Shown: piece by piece, positions 1 through 10,565 of the stretch
How positions within the stretch are numbered: the stretch's first letter is position 1
Layout: every line of letters starts with the position of its first letter
Assembly (NCBI RefSeq): GCF_036321535.1
Contig: NC_087436.1
Location: 41,294,001-41,358,000, forward strand
DNA from: Camelus dromedarius
Taxonomy: Eukaryota
Length of the DNA: 64,000 nt
Direction of reading: 5' to 3'
Made by a program: the position numbers and the translations under genes
Notes under the pieces: generated by a model
Database searches by the model: none
What the model saw: the letters and a program-made list of their open reading frames with translations, nothing else
Told to the model about the DNA's origin: nothing

Positions 1-245
1 TTCCTAAATCTGAAATGGCTTGAATGTAGACTTGATGGCTAGAACTTCAACAGCCATCTTGGACCATGAGTCTAAGATACCATGAATCCTTAGAAAAGAG
101 CATATTAGGTTAAATAAAGCAATGAGTTAAAGGAAGTCTGGCGGTCTTAACACTTTAGAATGCCATATCAATCCTATACCAGTTACATCAAGACATTTTT
201 TATAAGAGAGATATACATTTCTGTCTTATTTCATCCTCTCTTTTG
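1..245 (+). mobile_element. Old MaLR LTR fragment (MLT1J/K-like)
   Basis: GAATGTAGACTTGATGGCTAGAACTTCAACAGCCATCTTGGACCATGAG resembles the conserved core of the older MLT1 LTRs. Confidence 0.6.
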
Positions 246-730
246 GTGTGTGCATATGTATGTGTATGTGGCCACCCATCAGTCTAATTATCTAATTATG
301 TTGTTCAAATCTTCTCTATCCATAATTGATTTTTTTTAAATTTCTTTTTCAATTCTATCATAGTTCAACTTTACATTTAAAAAAATAAAGTTTTGGTATC
401 TATGTAAGGGACTTAGAACTTTTTCTAATTTTGTTATAAATGGGATGCTCAGTATTTAGTGTTTTTCTTCTTATAATTTGGTTTCAGGGAGCAAATACAG
501 TACAATTTGCTTCACTGTAACATCTACAGGAAAATTTTGAGTTGACTTTTAATTCACTTTTGAATTCTCCCTTATCACATGAATACCTATTTCATTTTAT
601 TTCCTCCTTCTTTATTTTAATACCATTGATTTATCATCACATCTTGGGGGCCTTTTATTTGATCCTTTTTCTTTACGGCTTTATGGTACTTTCCATGCAT
701 GCCTTGTTCCTAATTCACTTAATAAAAAAA

Positions 731-803
731 TTTTGATAAGAACACATAACATGAGAACTGCTCTCTTAAATTTTTAAGTGTACAGCACAGTATTGTTAAC
801 TAT
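731..803 (-). mobile_element. L1 3' UTR fragment (L1MA9/L1MB-like)
   Basis: AAGAACACATAACATGAG...TTTTAAGTGTACAGCACAGTATTGTTAACTATA reads as an antisense L1MA/MB 3' UTR. Confidence 0.7.
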
Positions 804-1280
804 AATCAGAAATGAAAGATAAGATGTTGCAATTAATGCCACAGAAATAAAAAGGGTTATAAGAGACTATGAACTATATAACAACAAATTAGATAACCTA
901 GACACAAATTCCTAGAAACATACAACCTATCAAGAATGTATCATGAAGAAACAGAAAATTTGAACAGACCTTATCTAGTAAAGAGTCTGATCAATAATCA
1001 AACATCTCGTAACAAAGGAAAGCCCAATACCAGATGGCTTCACTGGTAAATTCTACCATACATTTAAAGAAGAATTAATGCCAATCCTTCTCGATTGCTT
1101 CCCCAAAATCGAAAAGAGTAAGCACTTCCAAATTTATTCTAAGAGGTGAGCATTATTCTGATACCAGAAACAAAGACACTACAAAAAGAGAACATTATTG
1201 GCCAGTATCACTGATGAATGTTGATATAAAAATCCTTAACATGATACTAGCAAATCAAATTCAATAGCACATTAAAGGGG
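804..1280 (+). mobile_element. L1 ORF2 fragment (linker to RT start), decayed
   Basis: CCACAGAAATAAAAAGG, AAATTCCTAGAAACATACAACCTA and CCAGATGGCTTCACTGGTAAATTCTACC (PDGFTGKFY) are typical ORF2 sequence. Confidence 0.9.
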
Positions 1281-1360
1281 TAATAAACTTTTACAGATTA
1301 CAGTTTCCTGAAGTTTTCTTTTGCCCTCAGAAGGAGGTCTTTTTCGGAAGTGTGTTTATT

Positions 1361-1782
1361 TATTTATTTTTTTTATTGAGTTATAGTCCATTTACAAGGT
1401 TGTGTCAATTTCTGGTGTACAGCATAATTCTTCAGTCATACATGAATATACATATATTCATTTTCATATTCTTTTTCACTGTGAGCTACTACTATTGAAT
1501 ATATTTCCCTGTGCTATACAGTATAAACTTGTTTATCTATTTTATATATATCTGTCAGTATCTGAAAATCTTGAACTCCCAGTTTATTCCTTCCCACAGA
1601 CCACCCCCCTGGCAACCACAAGTCTGTATTCTATGTCTGTGAGTCTGTTTCTGTTTTATATATAAGTTCATTTGTCTCTCTTTCTCTCTCTCTCTTTTTT
1701 TTTTAGATTCCACGTATGAGTGATATCATACGATATTTTTCTTTGTCTTTCTGGCTTACTTCACTTAGAATGGCATTCTCCA
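1361..1782 (-). mobile_element. Young 5'-truncated L1 3' end with TSD
   Basis: T-rich tail then TTATTGAGTTATAGTC...; TSD GGAAGTGTGTTTATT (1346-1360) vs GGGAGTGTGTTTATT (1783-1797); homologous to copies near 8419, 24530 and 56396. Confidence 0.92.
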
Positions 1783-2179
1783 GGGAGTGTGTTTATTTTC
1801 TGAACTCTATGAATTCTGCTTTATTTTCCTTATTTTATAAGCCTTATTCATTTTTCTCTTATTTATCCTCTTACGATGTATAGACTATTAATCTATGTTG
1901 TTTTGAAAACTGCCCTTGGCTTAGGTTTCTTGTAAACATGTAAGAGCATCCCATTCTCAGAAGAGCTCATTTGTGGAACTGCAGGTTGATCCAATGATCT
2001 CAACATAAACACTAGACCTGGAAGCCTTTCAACCTTGCTTTAATGCGCTGACAAATTTTGCTTCCATTTCCTGGCATTCTGACACTCTGAGTCAGTGAAA
2101 TTAAGAAAAATTCCTAATATGTACAGGAATTCATAATGTGTCTCCTCTCATATATAGTTTCATTTATATAAAAATAACA

Positions 2180-3050
2180 ATATTATTGAAGCCTTTGCAT
2201 AGTTCTTATCTCTACTACCATGACTATGGGTATCTACCACCATGTATGGAGATCCATGAACTCACTGTGTAAAAACTAGGGTGTTTGAACACAGAAGCTG
2301 CGTGACAGCTACTGGACCAATCAACCTGTTTACCTGGTTTAGTGCATCTTCTGCAGGGGGTGTTTTCTAGCGATCATTAATGAAACACACAATGATCCTC
2401 ATATTATACTCTACGACCACTCCCAAGGTTTATTACCATGCCCTTTCTCCATGTCCTCCCTACCTCCACATCAAAATCTACCAATTTTTCTCCTTCTAAG
2501 CCCCTGATTGAACAGCCACACCATTCATCACAGTATAGGAGTCCATGTGTAACCTAACCTTAAGCAGTTCTTTTTCTAATGCAGTGGATCACCATTGTTA
2601 TACACTGGAAGAATTTACTGTGACCACAGTTTTGTAGGGCCACCAATGTGTGAGGCTGTAGTATGATAGAAGCTGACAGTCAACTTGTGGAAATGCATAG
2701 AACTGATCTTTGCATAAATCAGACTTGGTTTATTTTCTTCCTCTAGCAGCTGGTCATAGAGTATTCTCCATGATATCATAGATGTGATTTGATGCAAAGA
2801 TAACTTTATCTACCACATATTCCTCTAGCAACATAAGATCATGCCAAGTCATATCACCATGGACCAGGACCTGCTACAAAGCCAACAATTCCTCTCATGC
2901 TCACTCAAAAAGGGCATTCTTTCATTTGATCTGTTAAGTGCCTCAAGTGCAATGTATTTTGCATCCATAATCCAAACAGACCTGCCAATCACTGTTCTTT
3001 CTTAGTGGGAAAAGATGCAAGTATAACACCATGTCCTTATAAGGGACATC
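2180..3050 (-). mobile_element. Highly decayed ERV-L-class pol internal fragment (RNase H/IN region)
   Basis: Minus ORF 2615-2797 contains WRILYDQLLEEE, similar to ERV-L WGVPYDQLTEEE; the flanks resemble the ERV-L at 10566-13320. Confidence 0.65.
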
Positions 3051-3054
3051 CAGT

Positions 3055-3250
3055 GGGCTAGTCCTGGTCTTCTGTGATGCAGACACCAAGAGGATATTAG
3101 AAGAACAAGATTTACTGGGAAAAAAATACTGATGAGAAAAATACAGGGAAAAGAACTAGATGAGGCTATAAGGGCTGTCAGACTGAAATGAAGATTTGAC
3201 TCCTGTGAAGGAGAGCAAGAAGAAAGAGGAAAGAAAGGGAAAAGTGGATC
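3055..3250. mobile_element. Old ERV-L LTR fragment (LTR33/LTR16 group)
   Basis: GCAGACACCAAGAGGATATTAG...AGATTTACTGGG...TGACTCCTGTGAAGGAGAG pattern, adjoining the ERV-L internal fragment. Confidence 0.5.
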
Positions 3251-3914
3251 AAAACACCCAGAAACTTAGTATCAATTCAGTAACTGGTTGTATAATACCC
3301 AATCAATCACAAAAGTACAGCAACATCAACTGATATTATAACACCTAGCTCTTCACTGGGGATTAGGAGGAAACAATTACACAATACTTTCAGAGAGAAG
3401 TAACATCAACATCTTCTATCACTAAAAAGGAACTTATAAATTAAGTCCCATCTAATGGGAAAAATTTTAATATTAAGAAAGCCAATGATATAAATAAGTA
3501 ATCAACACATAATTCAACCTCAATTAATTATAAATTAATTCTACATAACAACCATATTAGAAGAAATTTATTTAAGATGTTCAAAAATACAAATAAAACA
3601 TAATGACTAAGACAGAGAAAGATTTCATGAAAAAATAACAAGTAAAAGTAACAAGAACAGGTGTCTATGAAAACATCTCATTGGAAACATTGGAAGATCA
3701 TTTATAACTATATGTATATCTAGCTATAGTTATATATTTTGCAAATTAAAAATACACTGTCTCATTAAAAAAGGCAGTAGAGTGGATGAGACATACTCAC
3801 CCAACTAAAAGACACAAACACAAATTTGGAGAAATTTATACATTTCAAAGGACATACAGACAAAAGTATAAACATTCAGTTAAGAAACGGATAACAGCTT
3901 AGGATCCTCTAGTA

Positions 3915-4045
3915 AAATTATCTTTGTTTCACAAATGAAAAGAAAACAAAGTACAGAGTCCTTGAGCACCTTGCCCTCTGGTCACAGAGCTATTAAGTTA
4001 TCAAGCCAGACTCAGTCCAGGGTCATTTTTAACTATGACTATCAT
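3915..4045 (-). mobile_element. MIR SINE fragment
   Basis: TTTCACAAATGAAAAGAAAACAAAGTACAGAG...CTTGCCCTCTGGTCACAGAGCT resembles the MIR core. Confidence 0.65.
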
Positions 4046-4294
4046 ATCTAATGTTGCTTTATCATTCTAAAACCTAACTGCATCTTTCAATAAGAAGGAA
4101 ACATAAACAGTATAAAGTTTTGTATGTAACTTTTATGAATTTTAGTAAATATTGCTATTTTTACCTGTAATTGAACGATGCTGTAAAGGAAAAAGTATCA
4201 ATTTGATCTTCCCCACTTGTGACGGAGAAACAGCTAGATTTACTTGTTTGTCAGCCCCCTTCCACCTCCTGGATGCCTTGAGTGTACATCAGAA

Positions 4295-4615
4295 AATATT
4301 GGGTGAAAATAGCCAGACAGAAAAGAGTCCATATAGTATAATTCTATCTATAGAAAATCAGCCACAGGCTAAAGAAATTTATAGTTAGATGTCAGGATTA
4401 GCCTTGCAGGGGTAGTGACTCCAAGCAGGGAAGGAAGGCTTTAGGGAAAAACATAGGTTCTATTTCAACAATCTGTGAGAGTACTGGGAATATTCACTGT
4501 TTTGATTTGAATGTTGACTGCATGGCCGGTTACATGAGGTTCATTTGGTTAAAACATATTGAGCTTTTAAATTATAACTTCAATGTCTTCAGAATGAATA
4601 TTATACTTCATAAAA
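4295..4615 (+). mobile_element. L1ME-type 3' end fragment
   Basis: GAAAATAGCCAGACAGAAAAGAGTCCATATAGTATAATTC...TTAGATGTCAGGAT pattern. Confidence 0.6.
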
Positions 4616-4714
4616 AAGTCTGTGTTAAAAAGCCGTAAGTAGATTTTACTCCTTTCCAAGCAGTATACACTAAGCATACTGTATTCTGAAGTACTTTCAA
4701 TAGCCACAAAACAC

Positions 4715-4880
4715 CATTATTATCCTTATCCTGTACATTAAACTCATACAGACACACAGACACACACACAGAGAAACTGAGAGTTATGGTGGTTGAGTGA
4801 CTTGCCAATGTCATCAGTCAGGAAGTAGTTCACCTGAAGTTTGAACCTACACTGTGTGTCATCAGAGGCTGCACTCGCTC
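4715..4880 (-). mobile_element. MIR SINE fragment with short CA repeat
   Basis: AGAGAAACTGAGAGTT...GAGTGACTTGCCAATGTCA...TTTGAACCT MIR core. Confidence 0.7.
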
Positions 4881-7800
4881 CTGATGTGCTCTATTTTAGG
4901 CCTTTTCTATGCCCAGAGAGGACACTTCATTGTCTGAAATGTTCCAAAGTCCCTCAGCTTCTCCCCATCGGTATGTTCTTCAACTTAACATAATCCCTTC
5001 ATCTGTCACAAGATCTCTAATGTACATTTTTTTTTTTTTTTGGTCTGGTGGGGAAGGAAAATTTTACCTGCAATCTCAGTAGTCAGTCTGTTTCTAAATT
5101 GCCCATCTCTTTTTACAGAAATAGGCCTTGAAGTACAATAATTGACTTTAATAGAGAATGTAAACCCAAACAGTTAAATTATTAGCTCATGATGAAAATA
5201 TCATTCAAGAATAAAGTTCCAATCTTTACATATTCAGTTTCTGCAGAGAGAAAGCATGTGCTGTCTCAATAGACAGAGCATTTCATGAGGGACAGTTTCT
5301 TAATGCAGATGAGACAATCTGTCTTTGCAAGGAATGTTCTCTTTGGGAAAAAATAGGTTCCATTTCAACACTCCACAAGTGATAAGTGAAGCATTTCAAA
5401 AATAGACGCTCCTAGATGTGTTGATGAGACAATATGTCACTGCAAAAAAAAACCCAAAAAAAAAACAAAAAAAAAAAAAAACAAAACTGCTTGAAAAGGC
5501 TAAATTTCACCCTGTCCCCACATGCCAGTTATTTAAATTTATACAGCTGTGTAGAGTTAGCAAACCTTATGGTTCAGGAGATGGAAGAAGAGGTGTTCAT
5601 TTTCATCCAGTTATTGATATTTAGTAAAAATAAGCATTTCTGAAAAAATACATTGAATTAATATTTTCCTTTTAACAAAATAATATAAATCACACTTAAT
5701 AAAGAGGCTTGGATCTTAAAATTTATAAAGGAATAAAGCTTAAGTCACCTGTACACAGGTGTGCAAAACACAGGTCACCTGCTAATCTTCACCTTGGTGA
5801 GAGTATAAAGATATTAGACTTGGAATCAAGAAACTTGAACATAGCTATAGTTGTTTTTCTATTTTGCCTATGTGGTATAAGGCAGAATTATTAATTGATT
5901 GTCGGTTTTCCCATTTAGGGAAACTGGGACGTTGGAGTAAATTCTCCTCAAGGTTTCTCTACTTCTGAAATTTTTGATTCCATGATATGCAAGATTTTCC
6001 CACAATAACCTCCTTTCTGTTTAAGGAAGTCCACCTTCAAAGGGTTTTGCCCATGCTCTTTCCATAAAACTAAATGCCTTGCTTATACTCTCGATCTAAT
6101 TAATGTCTAGGTATGTGTCAAGGGTGACATTTGTATGAAAGTATTCTGCCAAATTAAAGATGATCACTTTTCTTAACATAGGTTTTCATTGCTTTGTACC
6201 CACCTATGTAGTGTTACGAAAAAAATAAAAAAGTAAAACAGATTACAGATGAAAATGTTAGAAAACCTGTGGACCCACTTTGGCAATATAAGCAGAGGCA
6301 TGGGGTTTCTAATAAAATATGATGGGCAAAATGTCTATTTTCATTCTCTTAATTTAGCATAGGAAATAGTGAATCAATCTGGACTGTGTGCTTCATTACT
6401 CATATCTGAAGAAGAGGAAGGCAAAAAAAAAAATCCTTTAGCTTTGTTTTTATATTTTAACTCAGCCAGAATTTTTATTTTATTTTTTCCAGTTCTGAAT
6501 GTTATGACACTCAAAATCTGACTATTTAGATAAAACTGGTCATATTTTCCCTTACACTCTCTACAATTTGCTCCATTTTCATTTATTCATTTATTCTGGT
6601 ACAGGAACCCCAAACTAATCATATATTTTACTTTGTAATAACCTTACACATGGCACACATATTTTTCTCTCTTCGTGAGATATTCACCAGAGCACATTTG
6701 TCTATGCTTTTTATATATAATTTCATGTAAATTGATCTTAATTGTTATTTTTCTTCTCCCTCTCTCTGTTTTGAGTTCTTATTTTAATTCCCCTGCTCCC
6801 TGATGGCATGAATTGCTGAGATTCCAACTTAATGCCCAGATCAATGTCTTTTAAGTTTTTATTTGTTTGTTTTTAGTCAAATTGTCAGACCCCTCACTGA
6901 GGGCAATTATGATAGCTTACAGAAATAATTAGAAATGGCAGTTCTGTGAGCAACCTTCTTCCCTAATTTCAAGAAATAATGCATATCTGTTACTATTATT
7001 TTTCTTTTCTATTATGTTCCCTTGCTCTTTTCTTTAAACATTTAAAAAATATGTGATGAAATTCATCTGCTTGTGTTGTCATCTTGAAATGCATACCTCT
7101 ACTGGTACTCTTAAATCTCGAATGTGGGAAGTAGAACATGTCATTATAAGTAACATATAAATCATGTAAAATGCCAGGTTTGAAATAAATAAATATGTCA
7201 TTTTCTTCATAAGACAATGATTTATGCCTGATTTTAAAGATGTTATAAAATCAATAGCTTTTTTATTTCTGCTGTCACCTGGAGGTGATATATTAATATT
7301 GCTGTCATTGTTTTACCTGTCCTGACACCTCACAGCTAATGCAGAAAAACAGCCTGTTTCTTGTCTAATGCATTCCTGCTTGTGTGCAGTCACCCATTAC
7401 AGATCAATACACTGATAATAACAACATCTCCATTTATTCCTGCTACTTAGGTACATATAAAAACAACAGTTCACATGAAAATCTGCAGATAAAGTTCACA
7501 TGAAATTTTGATGAGAAAGATTGGGAGAAGTATAATGCACATTCCTTGGTTAAGTCACTTCATATTTTGCAATATCAGTTTCTTCATATATTTCCTATAT
7601 TCTAAGTCCGCTTACCTGTTAGGTTTCTATTCATATAATAAAAGGATATCTACTGTTATATGTAAAATTATAATTTTAAAATTCAACTACTCAAGAGTAG
7701 GTGAAATTCTTGTCAAAATTCAGACTTTAAAGAATAAAGGAACTTTAAGGAATACATGACAATGGAATTATTAAATCAGCTCCCTTTTATATTAGCTTAA

Positions 7801-8418
7801 TTAACCCTTCAAGTATACTAAAGCTAATATACCTAGTTTTCAAGTTTCATTAAAGTATCAGGCTCTCAAAGAATCTGTATTTAGTTTAACATATGTGTTT
7901 AAAATGTAGATAACTTAAACTTGTCATTTCCAAGTGTTTACATTTATCTGTCAATTGTGTATTTGTTTGGCAATTATGGTAACAGAGTATCAAAACTGAG
8001 TTTATTTCTTAAAACATATGTCTTATCCAGATTAGGAAAAAGACAATTTGTGGCAAAAGTTAACATCTTTCCAAACACATAATTCCACATATTTCAGGGC
8101 TAATGATTGAAAATGCAAGTTGTTAGGGTGTGGTCACTCAGTAGATTGCTGAAACTTTGGGAAAGGCCTAGCTCTTTGGAGTCTTTGCTTGGCATTTTTA
8201 AAATCAAATCAAAAAAGGCTTTGATTAATTGCCACAAACCTTTATTCATCAAATTATCTTTCTCAAAATTACTAACCATAATCCTCTTTAGAGCTAGAAT
8301 AATGGCTTCTTTATTTTCAATTTATGCCTATTAACTGTAGTAGAAGACTAGGCACAGTAAATGGTTATTGAGTAAATGAATACACATTTATTATGGGTCA
8401 GAATCACATTGGGAATTT

Positions 8419-8587
8419 TTTTTCTTTTTTTTAACATTCTTTTATTGAGTTATAGTCATTTTACAATGTTGTGTCAATTTCCAGTGTAGAGAACAATTTT
8501 TCAGTTATACATGAACATACATATATTGATTGCCACATTTTTTTTCACTGTGAGCTACCACAAGATCTTGTATATATTTCCCTTTGC
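8419..8587 (-). mobile_element. Young, very short L1 3' end with TSD
   Basis: Poly-T then TTTTTATTGAGTTATAGTCATTTTACAATG; TSD TCACATTGGGAATTT (8404-8418) vs TCACACTGGGAATTT (8588-8602). Confidence 0.92.
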
Positions 8588-8679
8588 TCACACTGGGAAT
8601 TTAAAATACATATGTCACATAATCCAGAACAACTCCATGACTGACTTAGGATTACTTGTTCTGTTGACCTGATGAGATA

Positions 8680-8770
8680 GCAAAGAATTTTCTAAGGTTC
8701 ATATCATAGAGCCAGGATTCACACTTTAAATGTGCTGACTCCAAAGCTATTTATCTGTGTTCCTGTATAA
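8680..8770 (-). mobile_element. MIR fragment
   Basis: AGAGCCAGGATTCACAC...TGACTCCAAAGC. Confidence 0.55.
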
Positions 8771-9079
8771 TAATGCTTAATTGAACTATATGTCAGCCTA
8801 CCTTGGTATTTTATTTTACATCACCCGTGCAATCCATATACTTAAACACTACACAAACATGGTGTTTTAAAATAATAGACACATTAAAATACATTCTGAA
8901 TTTAAAATATATATACATAATGTACTACTTAATTTTTGTGAAAAAATTAGTTTGATTCAGAATAGCATTTTTTGTGCATGGTAATATTATTATTTAGTAC
9001 ATTAATTCATCCATACTATCTCTTTCATATTTCAGTAATCAACATTTTTCTAACTAGAAGGAAACTATTAAATGTTATT

Positions 9080-10565
9080 ACAGATGAACAAAGATGCAAT
9101 AATCCTTAATAAAATGTTATCAAATCAAATATAGTAGTACATAAAAGGTATAAGTAAACCACACATATCATGACTATGTGTGGTTTACTTCAAGAATAGG
9201 AGGCTAGTTCAACATTAATGAGTAAATAAATGTAATTCATGAAGTTAGCAGAGTGTGAAAGATAAATCATAAGATGCATAGAAAGCATTAAGCTAAATTC
9301 AACACTTATTTGTGATAAATGTTGAAAAAGATTCCCAAATACTAGGAATAGAAGGAAACTTCCTTACCACAAAAACAGATTACATACAAAAATCTATATG
9401 TACATCATACTTAATGGTGAGAGACAACCACTTTCCCTCTTAGACTGGGAATAAGGCAAGAATGTCTTCCTCCACTATTCCTGTTCAACATCATATTTAG
9501 AAGACCTAAATAGGTCTTCTAAAAGACCCTCTAGGCCTTTCTAAAAAGAAATAAAAGGAGGCAGAAAAGAAAAGAAAATTGTGTTTATTTGAATAAAAAA
9601 TGATTTTCAATGTATAAAACCCCAAGAATATACAACAAACAAACACACACCTTCCTAAGTACTCTGATAAGCTTGTACAGTAAGGTTGTAGAATATAATG
9701 TTAATATGTAAAAATGAATTGCTTTCCTATATACTAGCAATGAAGTATTTAATTTACAATTAAAAATAACATTCACACTAGCACTATGATAATAAAGCAT
9801 CCCCTACAAATCTAAAAAGTATGCACAGGATCTGCATGTGGAAAACTACAAATCATTGAAGAAAGAAATCAAAAATGATGTAAATAAATGGAGATATATT
9901 TTACACAGACTGAAGCATAGATTGGAAGACTTGATATATCTTAGATTTCAATTCTTCTCAAATTATCTATAAATTCAACACAATCTCAATCAAAATCCCA
10001 GGAAACTATTTTGTGGACATCAACAAACTGAGTCTAAAACGTAAATTGGAAAGCAAAAGGACACATGTTATAGTCAATTCTATATATAAAAGGAAAACAA
10101 AATTGGAGAACTTACTACCCAATTTCAAGACTATATAACTATAGCAGCCAAGAGCACATGATATTGGTAATAGAATAAACAAATAGAGCAATAGAACATG
10201 AAAGAGAGCCCAGATACAGACCAACAAAAAAAACAGCTAACTGATATTTGACAAAATAACCAAGGAATTCAATGGAGAAAAGAGAGTTTTCAACAAATGG
10301 AGCTGGAACAATTGGATGCCTACATATAACAACTAAACCTAGACACAGAACTCTCACCATATATATATATATTTTTTTATTTATGTATTTAAGTATTTTA
10401 TAGTCCTAAATTCAAAATGTAAAATCATAACACTTTTGGACAAAAACATTGAAGAAAATCTGCATAACATTTGGTTTTCTGGTGAGTTTTTGCACAGCAC
10501 TAAAAATACTACCCATGAAGGAAGAAAAATTAATAAGTTGAACCTCATTAAAATTAAAATTGCAC
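9080..10565 (+). mobile_element. Old L1M ORF2 (RT to C-terminal region), decayed
   Basis: GATGCAATAATCCTTAATAAAATG, CATCATACTTAATGGTGA, GATTGGAAGACT and TTCAACAAATGGAGCTGGAACAATTGG are collinear with L1 ORF2; many stops and indels. Confidence 0.92.

Noticed and set aside
7611..7730. Minus-strand exon with donor CAG/GTAAGC near 7612 and acceptor near 7725
   Set aside because: All three frames contain stops from that acceptor; a shorter 34-nt version is open but unsupported
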